IMG/VR virus record: IMGVR_UViG_3300010362_000016
Location: 9,453 to 73,452 of that record
Source: a virus
Taxonomy: Duplodnaviria; Caudoviricetes
Reading direction: 5' to 3' (one strand)
Length of the DNA: 64,000 nucleotides
Shown: positions 8,526 to 16,608 of the stretch, piece by piece
Numbering within the stretch: the stretch's first letter is position 1
Layout: each line of letters begins with the position of its first letter
Translations under genes and position numbers: made by a program
The notes under the pieces: generated by a model
What the model was told of the DNA's origin: nothing
What the model saw: only the letters and a program-made list of their open reading frames with translations
Database searches by the model: none

Positions 8526-8797
8526 GGCGGGGAGGAGTTAGTAAGTTGGGGGAGGGATTGGTTAGGTTGGGTAAGTCTGGGTAAGTTTGTGAGGGCATGA
8601 GGGAAGTTGTTTGGGTTGAGGGAGTTAGAAAATTTATGAATTTTCTGTTGCGAAGTTTTTGAACTCGGTGATAATCTGTGGTTCTCCCGAATTTCATAGG
8701 AGACGGTCTTGCGCTTTGCCCTCGTGCCTTCGACGCCTATGCCTTCGTGCCTTCGGAGCCCTCGTTTCAAAATTCTCCGAAAGGCAAGGCGCAGGTT

Positions 8798-10291
8798 ATG
8801 ACGTCGTCATCCTCCTCCGAAACGCCCGGCCCGAAAGTAGTTCCGTTTCCCAGCCCCGCGCCTCCACCTCCCCCTTCAGCCATCCCTCCCCCCGTGCCGG
8901 TGTCTCTCCTGCCCTTCCCCTACACCGACACCGGCAACGCCGAGAGACTTCTAGCAGCATTCCCCGCCAAATTCCTCTACTCCCCCGAAACCAACCGCTG
9001 GTTCACCTGGACCGGCAAGCTCTGGCGCAGGGACTCCCTCCAAACCATCTACTCCTACGCCAACGCCACCATCCGGGAGTTCCTCCGCCAGACCAATCAA
9101 ATCGCCGATCCCATCCCCCGCGAAATCGCCCGTAAATTCGCTATCCGTTCCGAGTCCGCCCAAAGCCAGGAAGCCATGATCCGCCAATTCCACCGGCTCC
9201 ACGGAACCTCCATCCTCCAATCCCGCTTCGACCGTCATCCTTATTTATTGAATCTCGACAACGGCATCCTCGACCTCCGCGCCGGTCAGCTTCTTCCTCA
9301 CGCTCCTTCCCGTCTCCTGTCCAAAACCTCATCCATCAAATTCGACCCCTCAGCCACGTGTCCACTCTTTTTATCCTTCCTCGACCGGATCATGGCATCC
9401 AATGAGAATCTGATCTCCTACCTACAAACCATATTTGGATACTCGTTGACAGGAGATGTTTCCGAACGGGCGGTGTTTTGTCTCTTTGGCAATGGTTCCA
9501 ACGGCAAAACCACCCTTCTCCGAGTCATCCGGCATATTCTCGGGGATTACGCCGCTTCGGTCATGATCAAATCGATCATGGACAACCGCGAATCGGATTC
9601 CCTCACCACAACCTCCGACATAGCGAATCTCCAAGGAGCCCGCTTCGCCACAACCTCCGAAGCCAAGCAACGCCAAAAGCTATCCGAGCACCTCATTAAA
9701 TACCTCACCTCCACCGACAAACTCCGAGCTTGCCACAAATACCAAGATCCCTTCGAATTCGAACCAACCCACAAGCTCTTCATCGACACAAACCATCGTC
9801 CCGAAGTCACCGGAACCGATCTCGGCATCTGGAGCAGACTTCATCTCATCCCCTTCACCACTGAAGTCCCCAAAGCCAGTCAGGACCCGGAACTCTACTT
9901 CAAGCTAATCGAGGAGTCCCCCGGAATCCTCAACTGGATGCTCAACGGTTGCCTTCGCTGGTCAGTTTCAAGGTTGAATCCTCCCTCCGAGGTAACTTCC
10001 GCGACTTCCGCCTGGAAAGTCGAGGATGACCTATTCTCGGAGTTCTTCACGGATTGCTGCGAGTTCACTCCGAAGTACTTCACGCCGACTTCTCAAATCA
10101 ATGATGAGTTCAAAAAATGGTGCGAACAGGAACATATCAAGATGCCGAGTTATTTAGTGCTGAATGACCGGCTCCGGAAGATGGAGGCCGTCATGGATCG
10201 AGCTTATCTCCCTGAAGGTAATCGAGTTAGGGTATGGAAGAACGTCCGCCTGACGCAGTACGCAATTAACTATCCAAACCAGCCAACCTAA
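8798..10291 (+). CDS. D5-like / P4-family SF3 helicase (no primase domain seen)
   Basis: D5_N YTDTGNAERL...RWFTWTGKLW; Walker A FGNGSNGKTT; D5-type KLFIDTNHRP and IWSRL..IPF. Confidence 0.92.
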   Translation: MTSSSSSETPGPKVVPFPSPAPPPPPSAIPPPVPVSLLPFPYTDTGNAERLLAAFPAKFLYSPETNRWFTWTGKLWRRDSLQTIYSYANATIREFLRQTNQIADPIPREIARKFAIRSESAQSQEAMIRQFHRLHGTSILQSRFDRHPYLLNLDNGILDLRAGQLLPHAPSRLLSKTSSIKFDPSATCPLFLSFLDRIMASNENLISYLQTIFGYSLTGDVSERAVFCLFGNGSNGKTTLLRVIRHILGDYAASVMIKSIMDNRESDSLTTTSDIANLQGARFATTSEAKQRQKLSEHLIKYLTSTDKLRACHKYQDPFEFEPTHKLFIDTNHRPEVTGTDLGIWSRLHLIPFTTEVPKASQDPELYFKLIEESPGILNWMLNGCLRWSVSRLNPPSEVTSATSAWKVEDDLFSEFFTDCCEFTPKYFTPTSQINDEFKKWCEQEHIKMPSYLVLNDRLRKMEAVMDRAYLPEGNRVRVWKNVRLTQYAINYPNQPT

Positions 10292-10294
10292 AAA

Positions 10295-10550
10295 CACTGT
10301 CCCACTGTCCCGGGTCTGTCCCAGGGTCTGTCCCAGACTAACTATCTAAGTTTTCTACGACATCGCATACGTGTGGGACAGTGGGACAGTGTTTGCCCCC
10401 TCCAAAACTTTCCTATAGAAATCTCTATACTAAACTTCTCTATATTCACTGTCCCACTGTCCCACTGTCCCAAAAAAAGAATAAAAGAAGTAAATACAGT
10501 AAGATAGAAAAACGAATCAACGGGACAGTCATGGGACAGTGGGACAGTCC
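10295..10550. repeat. iteron array / putative replication origin
   Basis: 12 CTGTCCC/GGGACAG copies in four groups (4 fwd, 2 rev, 3 fwd, 3 rev) around AT/A-rich spacers, directly after the helicase stop. Confidence 0.8.
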
Positions 10551-10770
10551 CTCGCCTTGCCAACGGCAAGGCGAGGAGTAAGTCAGTTCCCCAAGCCCCA
10601 TAGCTCCGGAATTGCCCCGGATTAGCTGCACCAGACAGTCCAGGCCTTCCGCTGCGGCCCGGACCTCAGCAGAGGGCGGGAAATTTTCCCAGGCCCCCCA
10701 GCGGCCTCCCAAACGCTCAAAACACCCATTTCATCCAGGAAATCCAGGGATTCCCTCATTCAACCGGGGT

Positions 10771-10800
10771 TTGACAACCCTCCCCCGCCAGCGATAACAT
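10771..10800 (+). promoter_or_regulatory. sigma70-like promoter
   Basis: TTGACA-18 nt-TAACAT upstream of ORF 10825. Confidence 0.55.
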
Positions 10801-10824
10801 CCCAACTTCCCCGGATACGTACCA

Positions 10825-11076
10825 ATGTCCAAATCAGACAACTTCGACGTCCGAGCCCCGGAGATCGAGACCTTGCTCCAGGACTTGGGCCGCTCCCTCA
10901 AACGCCGCATGCCCCTAGGCTGGGGCTTCACCCTCTTCCTCTCGAACTACGGCCCAGGCGGGGCCATGTTCTACATCTCCTCCGTCAACCGTGAGGACAT
11001 GCTCAAAGCCCTGGTCGAATTCATCGAACGCCAAGTTCAAGAGCCGGAGACTCACGAGCCGGAGACCGGCTCGTGA
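10825..11076 (+). CDS. conserved phage hypothetical protein
   Basis: WGFTLFL...GAMFYISS..REDM pattern. Confidence 0.7.
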   Translation: MSKSDNFDVRAPEIETLLQDLGRSLKRRMPLGWGFTLFLSNYGPGGAMFYISSVNREDMLKALVEFIERQVQEPETHEPETGS

Positions 11077-11657
11077 ACCTTCCTCCCCTTCCTCGCCGGA
11101 TGCAGTCCCTTCCCCGCGACCCGCGAGGATACCCGATCCCCTGGAACGTCCTGGTCTCGCCTGACGGCGAGCCTTTTTTCACCATCAACGACGACCGCCG
11201 TCACAACGAAGCCCTCAGATTGGGCTTATGTCCAATCTGCGGCCATCCCCTGGGTAAGTGGATGTGGTTTGTCGGCGGTCCCAAATCTGCATTCGATCCC
11301 CACGGCTGGTATCTCGATCTCCCCGGTCATCACGATTGCGAACAATTCGCCCTCCAAGTCTGTCCGTACTTAAGTGCTCCGAGATATATCCACGAGATCG
11401 GGTTAGCTGGCCGGAAGCCTCCAGCTACCTTACTCGTCGATGAGACAGTCCTCCCGGATCGTCCTGAGATCTTCGTCACGGTAGCCTCAAATAAAGTTGA
11501 GTTCCTGCGACGTGAAATCCTGGCTCCCTACGTTAGACCTGGGCGTCCATTTCTGGGGTTTGAGATATGGCGACATGGTAAGCAGCTTCCCATGGAGGAG
11601 GGGATAATGGAGGTGAGAAGGGTACTCGGAGAAGAATGGAATCCTCCGGAGATTTGA
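11073..11657 (+). CDS. conserved phage hypothetical protein with Cys/His motifs
   Basis: RGYPIPW, CPICG, FVGGP, PGHHDC..FALQVCPYL. Confidence 0.75.
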   Translation: MNLPPLPRRMQSLPRDPRGYPIPWNVLVSPDGEPFFTINDDRRHNEALRLGLCPICGHPLGKWMWFVGGPKSAFDPHGWYLDLPGHHDCEQFALQVCPYLSAPRYIHEIGLAGRKPPATLLVDETVLPDRPEIFVTVASNKVEFLRREILAPYVRPGRPFLGFEIWRHGKQLPMEEGIMEVRRVLGEEWNPPEI

Positions 11658-11678
11658 GAGTGAGGAGAGGTTAGGGAG

Positions 11679-12614
11679 ATGCCGAGGTTTTTGGATGATA
11701 TTCGGGGTGGGAGTTTAGGGTGTCCGTGGTTTGTCGCGGAGTCGATGGAGGATCGTTGGGAGGAACATACAAGAAAAGTTAGTAAATTGCTGGAGGAAGA
11801 TATTCCTGTGTTGAGTATTCCGAATGTAGCGGAGTATATATTTACTGGGACGGATCAGGAGTATTGGGATTTGAAGAGGGATTTTCCGAATCTTGCGCCG
11901 CCGTATGGGAGGTTTTGGGCGGAGCATCATATTCCGACGAAGTTGAGGAGTAAGGAAAAAGGGGATTCGGATATGTCGGATATGGTCAGCAAGGGGAGGA
12001 TTGGGGTGTTGGTGACGGCGTTGGATGCACAGGAAGCGAATGTTCCGGTGGGGGTGGATGGGATTCCGAAGGAGGCGAAGTGGGTGTTGTGGTGTGAGTT
12101 GTTTGTGGATTATGGGGCAAAGGTGGGGAAGAAGTGTACGGCTGAGGGAAGTCATGGGCCGGTGTTTGTGTTGGTGGATGCGGAGGGAAGGAGTTTGGTG
12201 AGGCCCTGGTTGCAGAGTTTTTCAGGGGGGAAGTTTGAAGATGTGTTGCCGAGTTTGATTAGTTGGATACATCCGACTTTTTTGGCGATGAGCTTCCTGC
12301 ATTGTAAAAATGTCAGGGTGGTCGATAACAAGGTGGATGTGAAGTTGGCGAAGAGATATCGGGAGAGGCATGGGAGATCCCCGGTGGAGTATAAGACGTT
12401 GGTGATTGAACCGTTGAAGGAGATTTTGAGGAAGGAAGGAAGGGTAAGCGAAGTCGGGTTGGCCCGGGCGCTGCATATTTGCAGGGGGCATTTCAGGGAT
12501 TATCGCGAGGGGAGGGGGTTGTTTGGGAAGTACAAGCAGTTGGTCTGGACCCCGATGACGGTGAGGGGGACGAAGGGGAAGGTTCAACCACCAACGGTGG
12601 AGGTGAAGATTTGA
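11679..12614 (+). CDS. hypothetical protein, RGHF-motif family, paralog A
   Basis: NLAPPY..FW.E, FLAMSFLHCKNV, ALHICRGHF shared with 16609..17535. Confidence 0.8.
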   Translation: MPRFLDDIRGGSLGCPWFVAESMEDRWEEHTRKVSKLLEEDIPVLSIPNVAEYIFTGTDQEYWDLKRDFPNLAPPYGRFWAEHHIPTKLRSKEKGDSDMSDMVSKGRIGVLVTALDAQEANVPVGVDGIPKEAKWVLWCELFVDYGAKVGKKCTAEGSHGPVFVLVDAEGRSLVRPWLQSFSGGKFEDVLPSLISWIHPTFLAMSFLHCKNVRVVDNKVDVKLAKRYRERHGRSPVEYKTLVIEPLKEILRKEGRVSEVGLARALHICRGHFRDYREGRGLFGKYKQLVWTPMTVRGTKGKVQPPTVEVKI

Positions 12615-12898
12615 GCGATGAAATAGTGTTGGTTTGCGCCAGGGCGACGAAGGAGGTCACGATCTCCGGGTCGTCCTTCAATCGGACGTGCGGGGTCTGT
12701 GGAGAGAGGGTGATGATTGCGCCGTCCGGGCAGAGGTTGTTGAGGGACCGGCCAGGGACGCCGGTTGTTTGTGAGGATTGCGTGAGGGCGGCTGGCGGAT
12801 TGAAGCCGGAGGATGAGGTTGTGTTGCCGGATGAACGTCATGTGATCCGGCGGGAGTTGGATCAGATCGAAATCAACAACTGGAGCAAGAGGAATTGA
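12611..12898 (+). CDS. Zn-finger hypothetical protein
   Basis: TTG overlapping upstream stop; CGVC...CEDC. Confidence 0.6.
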   Translation: MSDEIVLVCARATKEVTISGSSFNRTCGVCGERVMIAPSGQRLLRDRPGTPVVCEDCVRAAGGLKPEDEVVLPDERHVIRRELDQIEINNWSKRN

Positions 12899-12903
12899 GC
12901 GGG

Positions 12904-12933
12904 TGGAAATCTACTTGACATACGTGATATAGT
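12904..12933 (+). promoter_or_regulatory. rightward copy of repeated promoter (extended -10)
   Basis: ACATACGTGA-TATAGT, 6 nt before ATG 12940; weak -35 (TGGAAA). Confidence 0.65.
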
Positions 12934-12939
12934 GGAGCA

Positions 12940-13110
12940 ATGGACTGGAAAACATTGGTAGACATGGCGCAGGTGGACATCAACGCGGCCCTGGTCAACA
13001 ACTTCAACAACCAGGAAGCCCTCGATCATCTCCGGGATGCAGCCCGGAACCTCGACCGGGCGGTCGAAGCCCTGGAAGAAACCCTGGAGCCCCCGGATGA
13101 CGCCGCTTAA
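12940..13110 (+). CDS. small helical protein (56 aa, not in ORF track)
   Basis: MDWKTLVDMAQVDINAALVNNFNNQEALDHLRDAARNLDRAVEALEETLEPPDDAA; starts at predicted TSS. Confidence 0.65.
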   Translation: MDWKTLVDMAQVDINAALVNNFNNQEALDHLRDAARNLDRAVEALEETLEPPDDAA

Positions 13111-13348
13111 CTGCACATGGTGCGACGAGCCGGTCCTCTCCACTGAGCAGCATCCCGATTTCGACGAGCCCTTCCATTTCGAATGCGCCTTCCGCTCCGT
13201 CGCAGGCTCCCTCGCCCACCTCGCACGGCGATGTTCCTGCTTCGTCCCAGGCTCAGACGAAAACGATCCCCCCGGCTTCTCTAAACGAGAAGCCGCTAAA
13301 CAAGTCCTGGAGGCCTACCGGAACCTCGAAACCTGGAAACTCCAATGA
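13097..13348 (+). CDS. Cys/His hypothetical protein
   Basis: CTWC...HFEC...RCSC. Confidence 0.65.
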   Translation: MTPLNCTWCDEPVLSTEQHPDFDEPFHFECAFRSVAGSLAHLARRCSCFVPGSDENDPPGFSKREAAKQVLEAYRNLETWKLQ

Positions 13349-13968
13349 ACCTGACCGACAAGCAACTTCAGGCCATGGCCCTTCAATGTCTGAACATGGC
13401 CAAGCGCGACATCGAATACAAGCGCTGGCGTGGAATCGTCCTTGCCGTCTACCACGAAGGGGATCAGCCTTCCCCTCTCCACAGAATGAGGGCCGTCGAA
13501 CGCCAGATCCCCCAGCTAATCGGCGACGAATGGCTTAACGACTCCGCCGCCAAAAAAGCCACCTTCGATGTGATCCGGGCTGTAGTCCTTCATCTCAACC
13601 CCGAAGCCACGGTCTTCTGCACCCTCTCCAATTCATTCAAGCCCACTTCCAAACTCCTCGCCCAGGGCCACGACGAAGTCATGAAGGTCGTCTCCGCCGG
13701 TCACGACCGTCATCACCTCGCCGTAGCCGAGGGTCTCATGACAGTCGAAGACGCGCTCGCTTCGCTCGCCCAATCCCCTCAACGGTTCTGTCAGGTCCTC
13801 CAGCCCATTCGCGGAAAGCTCCTCATCGGCCCTCCCCAAATCCACTGCTTCGACCAGCAGGATTTCTCCGGCCTCCTCAAAATGTACGGCGTTCCCGGGG
13901 CCAAAACCCTCGATCAGCTTCTCAGCGAGGCCGAATGCCAGGACATCCTCCAGGAGATCATCCAATGA
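13345..13968 (+). CDS. hypothetical protein
   Basis: ATGA overlap; 207 aa. Confidence 0.65.
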   Translation: MNLTDKQLQAMALQCLNMAKRDIEYKRWRGIVLAVYHEGDQPSPLHRMRAVERQIPQLIGDEWLNDSAAKKATFDVIRAVVLHLNPEATVFCTLSNSFKPTSKLLAQGHDEVMKVVSAGHDRHHLAVAEGLMTVEDALASLAQSPQRFCQVLQPIRGKLLIGPPQIHCFDQQDFSGLLKMYGVPGAKTLDQLLSEAECQDILQEIIQ

Positions 13969-14330
13969 AACCTCCCCCTCCCGAAAAAGTCCGGATCGTC
14001 CAGTGCCTCTGCGGCCCGGCCCGCCACTGCATCATCGCCGTGCCCTACGTGCCCGGGGTCAGCGCCGCTCAAAAGGACTTCGGCTCCCCCGATGACATTA
14101 CACTAACCCGCGAGAACGCCGCCTCCTACACCGAACACCTCGTTGACGGGATGATCTCCCGAAAACTAATCAACCCCTGGTGCAGTCTCTGCAACCGCCC
14201 CCGCTCCCGCTGGATCTTCGAAGACGCCCAAACGAAATTCAACTCCTTCGACGAAGCCCGTGAGTTAATGAACGAACTCGAACGGGAGCAATCCGTCGCC
14301 CGGATCGTCCTCGGCCCAACGAAAAACTGA
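13965..14330 (+). CDS. hypothetical protein
   Basis: ATGA overlap; QCLC..RHCI, CSLC. Confidence 0.65.
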   Translation: MKPPPPEKVRIVQCLCGPARHCIIAVPYVPGVSAAQKDFGSPDDITLTRENAASYTEHLVDGMISRKLINPWCSLCNRPRSRWIFEDAQTKFNSFDEARELMNELEREQSVARIVLGPTKN

Positions 14331-14331
14331 A

Positions 14332-14535
14332 ATGCCTCTCCTCGACTCCCACGAAGTCGTCAACCTCCGCAAGGAGCAGGCCCGCGACGCCCGGCAACGC
14401 CGTTACTGTCCACGCTGCACGGCCCACGTCTGGAAAAACTACTGCCGCTCCTGCGACGAATTTTTCACCGACGGCCACTACGAAACCTGCTCCGAACTAA
14501 CCAAGCACCAAAAGGAAAATCACCGGACCTACTAA
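14332..14535 (+). CDS. small Zn-finger protein
   Basis: CPRC...CRSC. Confidence 0.6.
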   Translation: MPLLDSHEVVNLRKEQARDARQRRYCPRCTAHVWKNYCRSCDEFFTDGHYETCSELTKHQKENHRTY

Positions 14536-14536
14536 A

Positions 14537-14827
14537 ATGCCGAAACTGTCCAAACTGTCCAAGACGCCCCCGCAAATCGAGACCATGGAACTTTGGGCCT
14601 GGGTCGGCGAAGACGATCACCCCGACCGCGATCAGCGGTCGGGCGAGTGGGGCATCAAACAAGGCGTCTGCCCGGCGGGCTACATCCCCATCGTGGCCGT
14701 CCGCCGCGACAAGGTCGAACACTTCTCCGAAGCTTTCGAGAAACAAGCCCGGGCCATGGGTAAGAAGATCCGTTTGGTCAAGTTCGTCTTCGCCGAAGTG
14801 ATCCGCGAAACGACCGCAGGTAACTAA
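14537..14827 (+). CDS. hypothetical protein
   Basis: abuts neighbours. Confidence 0.6.
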   Translation: MPKLSKLSKTPPQIETMELWAWVGEDDHPDRDQRSGEWGIKQGVCPAGYIPIVAVRRDKVEHFSEAFEKQARAMGKKIRLVKFVFAEVIRETTAGN

Positions 14828-14880
14828 ACCATGAAGCCCTGCCCTAAACCATGAAGCCCTGGATTCAACCATGAAACCCC
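14824..14880 (+). repeat. three 20-nt-period copies of AACCATGAA(G/A)CCC forming two 7-codon minigenes
   Basis: ATG at 14831, 14851, 14871; MKPCPKP* and MKPWIQP*, each ending in an ATGA overlap. Confidence 0.8.
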
Positions 14881-15215
14881 GCCTCGGCAATTACATCCTC
14901 GCCGCCGACGGACGCACGCCCGTTCTCGAACCCGACACGCTCAAATGGGCCATCTGGTTCGAATCCTCGGATAGGACCGTGCGCCAGGACCAAGTCGGCA
15001 ACTACTCGATCTCGACGATCTTCCTCTCGGTCGATCACAACTGGCATGACGAAGGAGATCCGATTCTCTGGGAGACGATGACTTTTTTCGGCGGCTCCAG
15101 AATCACCCTCGCCAGCGAGGCCATCCAACAGCGGCGTTATTCAACCTACGAAGCCGCCCTGGCCGGTCATGAGAAAATTCTGGAGCACGTCAAGCTAGCA
15201 GTGAACTCATGCTGA
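14871..15215 (+). CDS. conserved phage hypothetical protein
   Basis: ISTIFLSVDHNW...PILWETMTF...RYSTYEAALAGH. Confidence 0.75.
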   Translation: MKPRLGNYILAADGRTPVLEPDTLKWAIWFESSDRTVRQDQVGNYSISTIFLSVDHNWHDEGDPILWETMTFFGGSRITLASEAIQQRRYSTYEAALAGHEKILEHVKLAVNSC

Positions 15216-15487
15216 AAGCCCAAGACAAAGTTCGTGTATATCCCCACGGCTCCCCGGATCAAGCCGCCCTAGCAACCATCCTGATTGTCTCCGACAATCA
15301 GCGTTCCATCGCAGTCGAGTTCTCCGACCGGCCTCCCTTCGCCGTTGATAAGTCCGGCGGGATGATGCTCCACAGGGAACATGGAACCATCGTCATGATG
15401 GCCACACGAGGAGAACTCAACGGCAGGGCCTGGGGCCCCTGGATCGAGATGAGGGGCGGCGGTCATTACGAGATCGAACTTTCATGA
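15209..15487 (+). CDS. hypothetical protein
   Basis: overlapping start/stop coupling. Confidence 0.6.
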   Translation: MLKAQDKVRVYPHGSPDQAALATILIVSDNQRSIAVEFSDRPPFAVDKSGGMMLHREHGTIVMMATRGELNGRAWGPWIEMRGGGHYEIELS

Positions 15488-15987
15488 TCGATCAACTCCG
15501 AACTTATCTAGAACAATTCGTCGCCCTCCACCACTCCATCGAACCGGATCGGAAAATGCGCTTCGCCTGCATCGAGGATTTAATCCTCCAACACGGCTCA
15601 GAATACATCCTCAGCCACGTGAAGCATCCCGCCCAGCCCAGCGGTTGTTTCGCCCGGGCTTACCGGCTCGCCACGCGATATCCCCACCGCTGGATCTACG
15701 TCGAGGGCTACGCCCTCGCGCCGGGCGTCCCGATCCCGCTCCAGCACGCCTGGGTCAGCCCGGTCGATTCTCCCGGAACCGCCGTCGAACTCGCCTGGGG
15801 CAAACCCAACCAAGCCCCGGCTTATCTAGGCGTCCCCTTCAAACCGTCCTACATCAAAAGCGTCTTCATCGCCTCCAAACGCCAATGGCTCTCGGCCCTT
15901 GATACATTCTGGCTCAGATACCCGTTGATCACCGGCAAAGTCCGCATCGAAGACGTCATCTACAAAGGAGATCAACCCCATGGGTAA
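15484..15987 (+). CDS. hypothetical protein, transglutaminase/papain-like motif
   Basis: GCFARA...YVEGYA...QHAWV. Confidence 0.65.
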   Translation: MIDQLRTYLEQFVALHHSIEPDRKMRFACIEDLILQHGSEYILSHVKHPAQPSGCFARAYRLATRYPHRWIYVEGYALAPGVPIPLQHAWVSPVDSPGTAVELAWGKPNQAPAYLGVPFKPSYIKSVFIASKRQWLSALDTFWLRYPLITGKVRIEDVIYKGDQPHG

Positions 15988-16327
15988 CTTCGGCCAGGAC
16001 ATCAACGGAGCCTTCCGACGTTTAGAAGACGGTCGGGTCCTCCGGATCAACAAGCGGATGTTCAACACCCTCTTGAGCCTCTCCGCAAGCGTCGAGGCTC
16101 CCGTCTGGCTGGAGGGCTGGTGATACCTTCGCGAAGAAGACGCCGTGCGCGACTTCGTCACCTGGGAACCCGGCTCATCCGTCATCTGCATCCTCTGCGG
16201 TCGAACCAGATCAACCCACGAACCCCCCGGGAACTGGCAGCGCCACTATCCATCCCAGCGTAGACGTCTTCCGCTCCTCGGCCCGGGCTCCTCCATCACT
16301 GGATATCTGGAATTTCATCATCCCTGA
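15980..16327 (+). pseudogene. small phage protein interrupted by one in-frame TGA (16121-16123)
   Basis: frame continues ...WLEGW*YLREEDAVRDFVTWEP...PGNWQRHYPSQRRR to 16327. Confidence 0.55.
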
Positions 16328-16353
16328 CGTTCAGCTAACGTACGTGGTATAGT
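16324..16353 (+). promoter_or_regulatory. rightward copy of repeated promoter
   Basis: CTGACG-TTCAGCTAACGTACGTGG(18)-TATAGT; ATG 8 nt downstream. Confidence 0.7.
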
Positions 16354-16361
16354 TGATGACC

Positions 16362-16595
16362 ATGAAACACCCAACGTCAGCGAAAAAGAAGAAGTCGAAG
16401 AAGTGGGTGACGCTCAGCGTTCCATTCGACCCGGAGTTCCTGAAAGAATGCCGGTGGATCGTCCGCCGGGATGGAGGCACCTTAGCCGAGCTAGTCCAAA
16501 CTAGTCTGTCCTGGTTCGTAAGGGAATGTTGTTATCCGGAGTTGACTATCCCGCCTCCCAGGGATATTCCGCCCGTCAGCAGGACGATCCAGTAA
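16362..16595 (+). CDS. ribbon-helix-helix (CopG/Arc-like) protein
   Basis: VTLSVPF beta strand, helix PEFLKECRWIVRRDG, helix TLAELVQTSLSWFVRE. Confidence 0.6.
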   Translation: MKHPTSAKKKKSKKWVTLSVPFDPEFLKECRWIVRRDGGTLAELVQTSLSWFVRECCYPELTIPPPRDIPPVSRTIQ

Positions 16596-16608
16596 CCAGG
16601 AATAGACG

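Noticed and set aside
16121-16123. Genome-wide TGA reassignment
   Set aside because: Many other genes end at TGA with ATGA coupling, so TGA is a normal stop
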